Source of the DNA: Antedon mediterranea | Lineage: Eukaryota; Animalia; Echinodermata | Length of the DNA: 64,000 nt | Reading direction: 5' to 3' | Assembly (NCBI RefSeq): GCF_964355755.1 | Contig: NC_092673.1 | Coordinates: forward strand, 20,953,648 to 21,017,647 | Shown: piece by piece, positions 1-13,230 of the stretch | Layout: each line of letters opens with the position of its first letter | Position numbering within the stretch: position 1 is the first letter of the stretch | The notes under the pieces: generated by a model | The model's input: only the letters and a program-made list of their open reading frames with translations | Databases searched by the model: none | Told to the model about the DNA's origin: nothing | Program-made: the position numbers and the translations under genes

Positions 1-677
1 TGAATATCTAAAGTCCTTGGTTCTCATGTACTAAGTAAACGATAAAATGATAGTTGTGCCATTGAATTAAATAAGCTACAATTTCAATCCATTAAGTGTT
101 TGTTTTCATAATATGTTCCACATATACGAAGATTATACAACGTTAAATACATACGGGTTTTTTTCTACGGAAGTGATTAACTTTATTAAAACTACAAAAT
201 AACCTATTCAAAGTCTGATTTAATTAATCTTCATTTTTTATGTTTTTGGAGGACAATACATCTTTAAACATTAAATGTTTAACTAACACTCTAGTATGAA
301 TGTTTTAGTAGAAGGCATTTACTTTTTATATTACCAGTATTATTGACATACAAAGTATTATTTCTTCAGGCCTTAATTAATGTCTATAAAATAAACCAAT
401 AACACAGTCCAGAATTATATAAACCATGGTATCTAATATGGAATGATTTAAGTCAATCCTTTCTAAATTATAATAACTTAAATACATTCAAGTATAATTA
501 TAAACAATTCCTTTTATCACAATTACAGATCCCATTAATTAAACTTTTTTTCACTTCATGCAAATAAATATGATAGTACATGTATTACACCTTACCTTAC
601 GTTTGTCCTCGTGTTGTGTTTGGGTTTTCTGTAGCGTAATTGTGTGTTTTTTTAATATATATTTTTATATTGATTGA

Positions 678-984
678 TTGAAATATATATTTATACTGGG
701 TAACCTCTTCAGTCAAAGACTGGTCTCCCAGAGGGCCCAGTTGGTGATCAGTGGCTGTGATGTACTAATACACCGGGGTAACCCCCTACTCGTCTCGAAA
801 GATGTACTAGGTTCTTTAAAGTGCACACGAGCAAGTTGTGTACACTGGACCTACGGTTTATAGTCCTTATCCGAGAAGACTCGTTCTACCACCAGAACCA
901 TGGAGTGAGTGAGCCTCGAACCCCTGCCGATGTTATGGCTACGTGATTACGGTTCCACTGTCTTAACCGCTCGGCCACTCACCC
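678..984 (-). mobile_element. tRNA-derived SINE, family A
   Basis: Reverse strand starts gagtggccgagcggttaag (A box) ... ggttcgaggctcac (B box), then a body containing ggataaggactataaaccgtaggtcc and an AT/(CAAT)n tail. Near-identical to 35545-35860. Confidence 0.85.
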
Positions 985-3379
985 ACGATATCATTACTAT
1001 ACTACTTGTCTGATCTTAAGTTAAGATGAAGATTTAAGTATTGTTTATTTTTATTTGATACAATTATTATTAGTAGTTATTTTGTTATGTTAAAGCCAGG
1101 CTTAAAGCTCTCTTTTCCATACTTTGCGTCTTTATTTAATACTTTAAATTATTCTGTAACAACTTATCAAGTGTGATGCAATGTGAAATAAAACGAACGA
1201 ACGAAAATTTGTAAACTAGAGGCTACATATATTATGTAAAGACATTTTTCAGCTTCCACAGAAAATGGTTTATTCTTTTGAGTTCGTTCGGCTTGATTAG
1301 ACCGTGTGCATGGCGGAGTTTTCATTTACGTTTACTAAAAACGGAATATTCTTTACATGTGAATCGATTGTATTTTGATGTACGCGTGTACATGAATTAA
1401 TATAATTATTAATTTAACCATGGATAAATAACTTAATTTGCCATGTTTTAGCATAAAGATGAAATAAAAACATGGTTCTTTTGATAAAGTAGGCCTAAAT
1501 GTAAATATAAATACATTTATTTTACAGTTTGATATTAGACGGTATAACATTAAAGGGTACGGTAGCTCCACGAAAAGCAGCTTGTTGTTCCCACTAGGAC
1601 GCAGCGAAGGACGTAAGCGCAACGCAAGTGATTTGATCAATCACAAGAGATGGATTATTCGAACTGTCGCTTGCCATTGGTCAACTAGCTTACGTTGCGT
1701 CACATCCTCGCGCTGCGGCCTGGTGGGAACGGTATAACATTATAGGGTACGGTGGCTCTGCGGAAAGCAGCCTCGTTGTTCCCACTAGGACGCAACGAAG
1801 GACGTAAGCGCAGCGCAAGTGATTTGATCAATCACAAGCGATGGATTATTCAAACTGTCGCTTGCCATTGGTCAACTCGCTAAAGCATGGTTCCCACTAG
1901 AACGCAACGCAGTGACGTATTGACGCAAAGTGATGTATTGCGTAATCACAAGTGGTAACCGACGACGCAATGACGCGGCATAAATCGCAGGTTTGATCTC
2001 ACGCAGGCGGGGGCAAAGACAATGATTGGAAGGGCATTTTCTTACGTTGCGTCGTTTGCGTTACGTTACGTCGCTAGTGGGAACCACTCTTTACGTTGCG
2101 TCACGTCCTCGTGCTGCGTCCTTGTGGGAACGAACCAAGCCTTATTAAAGCTCTGTCTACACTATAAAACTTTATGTGGCAAAAATGTGATGTTTCCATA
2201 TATGGACATGATGATGTCATATCACTACCATATTTAGGCACATCACACTTGTTTGTCAAACTAGTTTGATAGTGTAGACAGATCTTATGCACTTTTCGCA
2301 TCGTATCTTAACGTGGCGTACGTGTGCATATTTAAGTTATAGTTTTAACATAACAATACATGACTTAGGCCATAATAATTACATTGAATGCTTTGTATGT
2401 TCGTAATGAACGTTCATAACCTTTTACTCATATACATTAATTTAAATTATCTTATTTCTTAGTCTTAATATTTAACCTACATTAAATTCCCCAAGTAGTA
2501 GTAGTATTAAACGCTATATGTGCCAAAATATTTATCTTTTTTAATAATATTAAGTCAAAAACTCCTTCTGGAACCCAAACTAGTATTTCGCGTGCGTAGC
2601 AATGTATTTGCTTTTCGCTCAATTTATAACCGCTCCAAGATTCGTCTAAATCATTTTTTTTATAACTTAGACAGTTTAACTGACAGATTACACTATTAAA
2701 GAAGCGTTTCAAGTTGTGACAATGTATATTATGACATATGCGTTTGGTGTTGTCACGTTATCAAGTAGTGTTTGAATTACTAATTAAATTACTAATTGTT
2801 ATTAAGCGGCCGTCCATTATTATGCGGCGTTTGCCGTCAGTTTGTACTTGTAACAGATATTCATCGATGTGCTTATATTTGCAAATTTTAGGCCCTGTCT
2901 ACACTATCAAACTAGTTTGATAAAAGCAGTTTAATGTGCCCAAATATGGTATTAATATGACATCATGTCCATATATGGGCACATCACATCACGTTTTTGT
3001 CACATACAGTTTGATCAATCAATCAATCAAATAAACATTTATTTCTTTAAAAATCAGAATAACGATAAGAAACTTTTTTTCAATTTACAAATAAATTATG
3101 AGATTAAAACATTTAAAAGAAAGAAGTGTCTAAAAAAAATGCTAATAAATTTCTTTAAGTTATGAAAGTGGCAAAGTCCCAAAAAGTAAAATCAAATGGT
3201 AAAACCAAGCGAAACTAGTGTACGGAAGGCCATAAGTAAAGTTAATAATATTTCTAATATTATTATTACACAACATAAACAAGCAAGACACACAAACAGA
3301 ACACACGACGAAAACAGAAAGGTCAAAACAAAGGCAGCTGATCAAACTGTAATGAGTAGGCCTAGAGGGTTTTTTTTCT

Positions 3380-4255
3380 TTTCCTTTTATTATAGAACGT
3401 AAGTTGAAATAATATGGCGTTTCAAATTATATGAAAAAGCTTTTCTTCGTTGTTGAATTCTTGATGGTGATGGGTAAATTATTCCAAATTTTGGGACCAC
3501 TGAATCTGATGTTGACTTGGAATGATTGTTTTCTTATGCTGGGGAATATGCAAGTTGGTTGCGGCTCTAGTATGGTAAGTATGGTAATAAGAATTAGAAT
3601 GGAATAAATTACAGAATTGAGAAGGGTATAAGCCGGTGGTTGAAGAATAAGAAAATTGCTTTGTTGGAGTATATTAAAATCTTTTAAAGTAAATTAAGAG
3701 ATGAGAATAATTGGTAAGTGTGGGCTAAAGGTGGAGCGCCAGTGATAATGTGAACCGCCTTCTTTTGCTTAACAATTTGTGTTTGTATGGTCATAGGTGT
3801 TTCACCATACAATATTGCAGTAATTAAGATATGGAAGGATTAGGCTACATAGTAGAGGGTACGGAGGATATGGTATGGAATAAAGAAAGAAAGTCTAAAA
3901 ATAATACCAATGTTTTTGGAGATCTTATTCTCGATTTCCTTGATATGCGGTTTCCATGTAAGACCTGAATCGATGTTAACGCTAAAAAATTTGGTATTAC
4001 AATAGGAATTTTAAATTTGTTAATTTCAATCTGTCCGTGCACAACCAAAGGAATATGGCTTGTTTGGATTCAGAAATAGAATTGCACAGCATTTTGGTAT
4101 TAACTGAAAGCTAATTTGCTGAAAAATAATTTAAAACATTGATAAGTTCTTGATTAACAGTTTCAAGTGATTGGAAGTTCTTATTGGTATAAAAGGGCGG
4201 TGGTATCATCAGCGTAAAGGAAAAAGAAAGTTTATTAGAGGATGCGTTAATATCA
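3380..4255 (-). mobile_element. Degenerate LINE reverse-transcriptase fragment
   Basis: Reverse strand at about 4195-4228 reads FFFLYADDTTALL (RT YADD motif). Further downstream are LPYLNYCNIV and FSGPKIWNNLP, typical of CR1/L2 ORF2, interrupted by stops and frameshifts. Confidence 0.75.
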
Positions 4256-7200
4256 CTATAGTGTAGAAAGAGCTATATACCGAACAAATTTATGTCAAAG
4301 TAAGCATATATTTTTTATGCGATTCTATTCGTGGACGCCTACGTGTTAGTTATTTCTCCACAATGCATGTGCAAATTACTGTCTATACCTTTGTGACTTG
4401 TACATCATGAGATTGTTTTTTTATAAGCAATTATTCTTGCAGGTCGGAGTGTCTAAGGATTATGGAATAACCCCTTTCTAATGAACCCCACAAATTAATC
4501 GAATCCCCGTTTTCAAATAAATGTCTTATCACATAAAATTTTATAGTGTAGACAGAGCTTTATACCGAACAAATGTATGTAAAAGTAATTCGTATAATCA
4601 ATAAAAATATTACCTAGGAGGCCTAAAAACTCCCACCCCTCGCTGGGGAAGGGGGAGTCGGGGCGGGGGGTCATCATACATACAACAGAGGTATTGTCGA
4701 CTAAAAATATGATAAACCTGCTATTCTGGTTGCAGGTGCATTTGATATTATTATAACGTTTTGTCTCTAGATAGGAACCTAATTACAGATGTATCGTGTA
4801 TTAAAAGTACTTGATACAGTTAGATAGGTATCTGGTAGACTGGCAACAGTCTTCCACAGAGAGTCTACTGACAGCCACAGAATCGGGTGATTCATGCGTG
4901 GACGCCTACGTGTTAGTTATTCCACACAGTGCATATGCATATCAATTTATTTATTTATTTATTTCTTTATTCGAATTCACAAAAACACAACATATAAAAT
5001 ACAAAGAATGAATTCAGGGTAACACAAAAAAGTAACCAAAGGTCTAACTTATTTCCATTGTTTTGTCTACCTTTTTGAATACTGTATTTTCATGTACGGT
5101 ACATTATGAGCATATTGTTTTTTTATAAGCAAATATTCTTGCAAAGATTCTGGAAATCACCCGTTTTCCAATGAACCCCTAACACATTAATCGAATCCCT
5201 GTTTTCAAATAACACCGTTGTGTGATCGAACTGTTTATTTTAACGATCAGATTAATTGGACCAGCACCACGCTAGTACTATAATACACTGGTTATTAAAT
5301 ACTTTCCTCAGCAAGTCTAATTACAATATTTCAGTTTCCACCATTTGGAATCATAACGTTATTGAAACAACCCTCTCTATAGTCTAAGGTAATTCATCAT
5401 GTTTACCTCATGTTTTAACCTATCCCTGGATCAAACCCACCCCAGATCCTTCGCACCACTTGTGATCGCAGTCCGGTAACTCAACAAACAATATTTTGAT
5501 TTAGTCTTCGTCATTTGTCTAATTCTTGGTTCCAACTAGAGACGCAACACAAAGACGTAACGTAACGTAAGGTAGTTTTACAACCGATGAATCATTCGAA
5601 CTGTCGCTTGTCATTCTTCAACACGCTTGCGTTGCGTTTACGTCTTTGCGTTACGTCCTATTGGGAACAAAGCTTCATTAACAATCCTGACTATTTTTAT
5701 CTGATTTTTAAGTAGAAAATTGGACTCGACTCGTTATTTAATCAAACTCGCATGCGAATACAGGCTTCACGTAGTTCGCATTCTTAACATGAAATTGAAT
5801 ATAACTTTGTTGCGTGTACATCGTCGTTGCGTCTATCTTCCTCGTTGCGTCTGTCGTCATTGCGTTGCGTGTCGTCCTTTCGTTGCGTTCTAGATGGAGA
5901 AAACAAGACGACGGGTATTAAAGTATATTAATGCATTAGGATAAGAAAAGAAACTGTTTCTGACATTCAATTGACAAGCTAGCTACGAATGATGTCGAAC
6001 TAACCTAGTCACATAACAGTCTATGCATTTCACATAATGACAATACAATGCATATTAGTCTATACAATATGTCAAATATGACATAATGTACAGTAGTCAT
6101 GTTGTCCCCGCTGGTTCCAATTCCTGTAAGGTAATTAACGTCAAGGGATTAATGTTGATAGGTCGTTTGTAGCTTGCATGCTGCTTCACGCGTCCATTTC
6201 GTGTTGACACGCGCAGTTTGTATCTTAACATAGGCCTATTACACTAACATTATAATGTAATAAAGTATGTTAATGCCATGTCACTTAATGAACATGCCTG
6301 AATGATAAATTCATTGTAATTATTTGAAGTACTGTTACCCATGGAGAGTGAACGAATCAATTTTGGTTTTACTTGTCTAATTGTGATTGGTTTTCTGTAA
6401 TTTCAAGACGATGTGAGATTACGAAATCAATCAATCGATTGTCTGTTCTTTTAAAACCACGTACACGCGCGTAATAAATTGTTTTCAACAGGGGCGCATT
6501 TATGATGTGTGACAGCTCATGGGATAAATTGAACTGTGTATTGGGTAAAACATTAATAAAACCACTAAATATAATGACGATACTGACTAGAACTAGGTAA
6601 TCTAGAACAAGCTATTGCTATTGGTGTGAGGGGCTTAGACTTAACTTATTAATCAAGAAATGCATGTTCGTGACTCATTCAGATTAATTTTAAATTATTT
6701 CATGATTGTCTATCCAGTCAACAAATACTTGTCATGGTATAAACAACCTTTACACAGCTTTATTAAACTTATTTTTTTGTGTAGAATTACGTTAATTGAA
6801 AATTGAAAAATCAAAAAAATAGCTCTGCGTGTTATGTTTGCGAGTTTTATATTTCAATATAATGAATGTATTCTTTTCGTCACCGTTAGAAATATTACCG
6901 TATGTGTTCTGCAAACTTATCAAATGGCATTTTGCCCCCGGATGTATGACTTTAGGAAAAAATAAATAGGTCTGTTTATGGTATGTAAGGCGGGCCAATT
7001 CTACATTTGCAATCATCTGACAGAATCGAGATGTCAGTTTGGAACGTCTGTCTGCGCATACTGATGGAAATGTACACTTCCGCTTTATAGAGAAACACCA
7101 CAATACGACTACGGACAAACATGATACGACATTTTGATCATTAAATGATACGACAATGTGTTCATTAAAATGATATTGTTTACCTTCTGTTTACAATGAT

Positions 7201-7799
7201 TGTTGCCCGGTTTTTGTTTAGTATTGATGAATTAGATATGTTTGCACATACTGAGGGTTTGTATTGCGCACAACACAACAAGTTTAAAAACTGTAACTTT
7301 AAATAATATGAATACCAAGACATGTGCCGCAACACGTGCATTTATAATAGGCCTACGCATCATCGACACCGCTTGTATTAAGTTTATTTTGACATCTTTG
7401 TCAAATTAACGTCACTCAAACAGTGTTTGATTTCATACGGCTGGACACCTTGTCCGACAATTGCCGCTGGTCACATCAAAGGGCGATGATGCGATGAGAA
7501 AATGTGGGTGACTAATGGTCAACTTTTTACAGAACATTGTATGCCTCACCAGGGGATTCAGAGAGACACTGACACGGTTAACTAAGAATAAAATAATAAT
7601 TTATTTATTAGACTTTATTATATTATATTATTTATATTATTTATCATATTATTATATTATTATATTTTTAACATATTATCTGTTTTCGTCATTTTATCTA
7701 ATAATCGCTAGTTAAAAAATGCAGAATTAGGTATTTTCTTTTATTTTATTTTATTCAATCGAAACCAACAGCGATAATTACCGCCACTAACAGGTTTGA

Positions 7800-8006
7800 C
7801 AAACAAAGCCAGGACGGTTTAAACATTGATCAAGGGCTTCTCTTCTCCAGTGCACACCTTGCACAGAGGAAAGGCATAAGCCAATACGTCTAAGGCAGAT
7901 AGTAGATGCAGGGGGAAGCAGTGCTGATTTCAAATGCCTAACGGGACCCCAGCTCAAAAAACAGCACACAATATTTCCGAATGGTCTCCCATCCAAGCTC
8001 TAACCA
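7800..8006 (-). mobile_element. 5S rRNA-derived SINE, 5'-truncated second copy
   Basis: Reverse strand ggttagagcttggatgggagacc..gtgtgctgt..gagctggggtccc..tgccttagacgtattggcttatgcc..gtgcactggagaagagaagccc is collinear with 55315-55525. Confidence 0.7.
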
Positions 8007-8793
8007 TTGTGTCCAAGATACAAGGTCTGCTTTATTCAACATCCCTTCTAAAGTAAAACCAGTAGGCCTAAATACATTAAAAAAACGTTATTATCATTGG
8101 AAAAGATGAAGCATTGAAATACACTATAATAGTTTTCAATTTACCAAATCAGTAGGCCTAACTTGTAAATAAATAAGACTATAATACGCGTGTGAAAAGG
8201 CTTAACGCCTCGACGTATAAATATACCGTCAATTTTACACGTGTAATCGCGTGTTAAATTGATTTAAAGAATCCAAATCGCACTCGACTGAATAACAGTA
8301 CGCCAAACAGTCAATAACAAGTATTTGTAACTGTCTAAGTTAGCAATGTGGAATTAAATAGATTAGGCCTACTCAGGAGTGTGACAATTGATCATATATT
8401 TATTATTATCGTTGTACGGTCGTAAATCAACCATTAAACTTAATAATAATAGATTTAGGAATTTTAACCATTATTAAATAAATAATGTTTGTCTAGGATA
8501 ACAATAAATATGAAGGGTACTTCATAATGTTAATGTAACTACAATCAATGTCGTTGATGGTATACCAGTATTTGTAGTTCCGAATGGAAATTTTTAACCC
8601 TGTTCCTTTTTAAAGCCTTGGTAATTGTCCTATAGGCCTATTGCTAAGTCGCTTGAATTTTAAATTTCAAAAGAGAATAACAAATTAAAAACTTAATTGA
8701 GGAATGACTGGCGGAGCAAAATTATACTGTAGGCACTGGTACAATCGACGATACTAATTAATATCTGCAAACCTAGGCTCTTCAGCTTCTTTA

Positions 8794-8921
8794 AGCCGAT
8801 TTTCCACTAAACGAATTTATACGCGCGAAACGAAAGCATCAGCTTATACGCATGCGTAGAGAGGGATTTTGAAGATGGAAACACGAATTCGCATGCGTAT
8901 AAACTGACTGGAAAATCGGCT
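8794..8921. mobile_element. Small MITE
   Basis: ttaagccgattttcca ... tggaaaatcggcttaa, with an internal inverted tatacgcatgcg / cgcatgcgtata pair. Confidence 0.7.
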
Positions 8922-9891
8922 TAACTAGTGAGAATGGATCGCTTGTGTAGATTTATACTGTAAGGAAGATTTAGGTAAATCAATAATTAAACTTCATCGA
9001 TTCGAATGCTAATTGAATTTTAAAATAATTGGATAACTATCTGATCTGCCCGGGGTCACAATCGAAACAATTGACTGAAGAACACTCGTCAGTTTCCCGC
9101 TTCAATGCAAACGACGTAAAGCGAATTCACAATAGTCTTATGCGTACTTTCATTACTTACAATTAGTTACAATTTTCATAGCATAGATTAATTTTCTCAT
9201 TTTGTAATTTAGATAAAGTGAATTGAGAGTGAACGATCTTTAACAATTACAAATAAACATTTGTCATCATCCTGTGTTTCAAAGACACGACAGGTATACG
9301 TAGGCTGTTCTATTAATGAATGTACGGATTTGAGTTGATTCGTGACAATTAAACTGCCTTCTTTATACGTTTAATTATTTGTGTGCTGTTTAAAACATCT
9401 GCTAAAGCGTCAATCGTACCGTAGTAACCACAGTGTCTCGTCAACGCGTGGGCACTCTTTTTTATAGTTTGTTTAGTATGGTTCTATTTCGATAAGTTAC
9501 AATCTATCACCCGAAATGCATATAATTTAGTGTACATTGTAAATCTATTATTTTCTAATGCACTTTGGTTTTTATGGATAAGGAAATCTTGTTCTGTTAT
9601 CATGCGTTACCGATCGAAACTTTGTCGACGTTGTGTGATGTATAAATGCGTTGATGATCGATGAGTTGCGTTTATTACACGATTACCTTTATCGATACGG
9701 CTACAAACGTGTTCAAATTGCGTTACCGATCAATAGGCTGCAGAAATATTGCGTTACAAATGTGCAATAAAGTACGTTATCTATGATTGACGGGTTTTGC
9801 ATATTTTGTTTTTAACGCATTTTAGGTTATCATACCACACGGCATATTCTGAATCCGTTTATCGATGCAGCAACCATACACTTTTTAGCTA

Positions 9892-10071
9892 AAGCGTGGT
9901 TCCCACTAGCGACGCAACGCAAGGACGTAACGCAACGCAAGTGAATTGACCAATCACAAGCGATGGCTTATTCGCTTGTGATTGCTAACTGTCTATAACT
10001 TCGGTGGCATTGGTTAAAACGCTTGCGTTGCGTTAACGTCCTTGCGTTACGTTCTAGTGGGAACCAAGCTT
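9892..10071. mobile_element. MITE family C, representative palindromic copy
   Basis: TIRs aagc(g/t)tggttcccactag..gacgcaacgcaaggacgtaacgcaacgcaag / cttgcgttgcgtt..cgtccttgcgtt..ctagtgggaaccaagctt. Other copies at about 1580-1730, 1776-2142, 5524-5674, 11345-11555, 20270-20365, 20841-20969 and 21042-21198. Confidence 0.9.
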
Positions 10072-10766
10072 TAGTTTCCACGCAAGGACGTAAGCGCGTG
10101 GCAACGTAGGTTAATTGGTCAACTTCCGTTGCGCGTGCGTCGTCCAAGTGTTACGAATTATGAACCGTTCCTGATTGGTGAATTTTTCCTACTACACTTC
10201 CTCCGATTTTCAATATAATAATATTGTACATAATAATAAGTTTGCCTTCGCATTGCCTAGCTACTCGACCGTTTATATAATATATAACTATCTTTGCTTA
10301 TATGTGCTTTGATACAACAAACTTAGAGGTCGTCCTTTCCTGATGAATAGGCATATAGAGTATTATTACTCAATATTCCTACTTTGTGTTTTTTCACGCT
10401 GCTGCTCTAGCCCGCTACGTCACACGAGATGACTCATTCATTAGATGAAATCAAGCAGCTACACTTTGACATATTTGTTAAAATGGAAACTCGACTATAA
10501 TTTATAGTAACCACCTGTTGAATACAAAAAAACGTCTGGGAAAAGAGTCTAACGACAAATCCCAAAGCATTTCTGGTATTTATGAGTCCCATAATATTAC
10601 TATAATTCGCTGTCAGATAATCATTGAATTATTATCAAAACAGTCCATTGAAGTTTTTGTTTGTAATAGGATACTTGAAGTATCTAGGCGTGATGAAGTG
10701 ACCCCCAGACTTGACCTTAGCAATAACAATAAGCGAGCAGCGTTTTTTGTAAGAAATATTCTTGTT

Positions 10767-11160
10767 TAATCTCCCATTGTCATTTTATCCTCATTCCACT
10801 TTGGCTCGGTACAAGACAACTTTACAGCATTGTTGTTTTTTAAAAGTCATTTAAATTTGAATTAAAATTGAAGGGTATAATGATCGGTCTCACCAGGATT
10901 ACAAGATCACAATTTGTGAAGTGAAATAATGTTATAAAGGTAGATATAATGACTATTAATCGTTGTGAATAAGAACCATCAACAGTTTTTCTATTTCGAC
11001 TTAACCTCGCTTTTTTAATCTCCCATTGTCATTTTATCCTCATTCCACTTTGGCTCGGTACAAGACACCTTTACAGCATTGTTGTTTTTTAAAAGTCATT
11101 TAAATTTGAATTAAAATTGAGGGTATAATGATCGGTCTCACCAGGGTTACAAGACCACAA
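10767..11160. repeat. About 145-bp direct duplication (10767-10911 and 11016-11160)
   Basis: ttaatctcccattgtcattttatcctcattccactttggctcggtacaagac...gatcggtctcaccagg occurs twice. Confidence 0.85.
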
Positions 11161-12086
11161 TACCCAACACAAACCCCCTCCCCATACCCTCTCACCCACC
11201 ACCATGCAAATATACCAGAGAAAATACCTCACTATATATATTATTTTGTGGATCAGATGTGTTAACACGATTCGCTCGGAACTCCCACTTATAGAATGTC
11301 GACTGGTCTTTTGTGGTAATTGTTATTTCAGTCACGTTCGTTAAAGCTTGGTTGCCACTAGCGACGCAACGTAATGCAATCTACGCAACGTATATGCAAA
11401 TGCCCTTCTAGTAATTATGTTTTACCCCGCCTGCGTGAAATCAAACCTGCGATGTTTGCAGCACTATTGCGTCGTCGGTTCCCATTGTGATTACGCAATA
11501 CAATGCTTTGCGTCGATATGTCGCTGCGTTGCGTTCTAGTGGGAAACCACGCTTTATAGCTGTATCGAATCGACTGAAAGTAAGTATTGGATTCCGATGT
11601 AACATTTGTGTACTAGTGTATAACGTACTACAGTTTTTTTCTCTTTTGCGAGGCTTCACTCACCTTTCATTTCAAAACATTTTGATCAATAAACAATTTT
11701 ATTATGTTTGTGTATTTTATTTTTTTATATAAATATTTTTCATTCATAATATAATTAAGTTTCCCCTAACATCTTAAACATCTCTGCAGGAGATCATTCA
11801 TACATTTACATATAAAGTGGAATAATATCAATATAGAGAATCGTACTACTACAGTTATAGTAATTTCCTAGGTATAACTTTTATAGTGTAGGAAATAACT
11901 TGTCAATTTAACGATTATACATAAACTGTTGATATTGTTTAGCCCATACACGTGAGTATTTTTTCACAGTTTTTAGACATATGAATAGGCGTTGGAGTGA
12001 TAAAACTACGCCTGTGCTACCTGCCACTGCCCTTCCTATTTTCAATTGTCACGTTGGTTATAAATTAATCAAGAAATATAGACTCT

Positions 12087-12447
12087 TAAAGATGCATTGT
12101 CCCCTCCCCCCCCCCCCCCTCCCCTGAAAAATAATGTTTACATTTTTTGTTGTTGAATATGCCATGTTAATGTCACATAATTATCCACTTTGACCAAAAA
12201 TTGGATCTAAACTAAATTTATGTACCTAAAAAAATGTAATTTAAAGCAAAAATGGTCAAATTGGCTTCCAGCCAATGGTTGAATTTAACCATATATTATG
12301 TTATTTTATAAATGAAAACATTATATTTATTTTCTAAATTTTTTCTGTGAAAGTGATTAACTTTAGTAAAACCAAAAAATAATCTTTTCAAAGTCTGATT
12401 TAATTAATCTTCATTTCTCATGTTTTTGGGGGACAATACATCTTTAA
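12087..12447. mobile_element. Non-autonomous DNA element flanked by TTAA (Kolobok-like)
   Basis: ttaaagatgcattgtcccc ... ggggacaatacatctttaa. Related partial copies at about 90-268, 55663-55750, 60520-60790 and 63294-63560. Confidence 0.7.
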
Positions 12448-12967
12448 TGGATTTTTTGGTCATACTTTCCTACTGAAACCTTCTTATAAATTATTGCACA
12501 CAGTTAATAAATCTGTCTACACACCTATTAATAACACACTTCAATCAAATCCGATATAATATGTATGGCAGGTAATTTAGTCGACGTGTAATTTCGGCAT
12601 CAATTGCGTCATTTGTTACCGTAATTTTCACTTTTCTCGAAATGCTTGCGTCTAAATATTATTCCATTCTCATATTCTAAATTAAGATGATGACAAAATG
12701 GACATCGACGGTTTCTATTTATGACTTGTACAAAAACAAAATCATTATTTGACGATAGATTTGTTTCTTTTTATAACGAATGAAAAAAATCAAATGCATT
12801 AAAAGCTATGCCCATCGTTATACAACCTCTACGCTCATTTTAACCCGCTGTTTCAATAAAATAACTTAGGTTGAATATAGGACTAGTGATAGGAGTCACA
12901 GTTTATAGGTCGGACTTGAAAGTGGTCTTTAGCGAAGGTAGCGTTCTCATTCTCTCTCATTCTTTAT

Positions 12968-13230
12968 GCGAGTGAGTGGCCGCGATGTTAAGACAGTAGC
13001 CATAACAAGGATTCGAGGCTCACTCGCTCCATGGTTCTGGTGGTAGAACGATCCTTCTCAGATAATATAAGGACTATAAACCGTAGGTCCACATCTGGCT
13101 CATGTGCACTTTTAACGAACCTAGTACATCTTTCGAGACGAGTAGGGGGTAACCCCTGTGTACTAGTTATGAAATAGGGCCTACTAGTACTTAGACTGAA
13201 GATGCTACCCAGTAATATAAAGAATAAATA
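12968..13230 (+). mobile_element. tRNA-derived SINE, family A (diverged)
   Basis: gcgagtgagtggccgcgatgttaag...ttcgaggctcactcgc...aaggactataaaccgtaggtcc...acccagtaatataa, collinear with the other copies. Confidence 0.8.
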
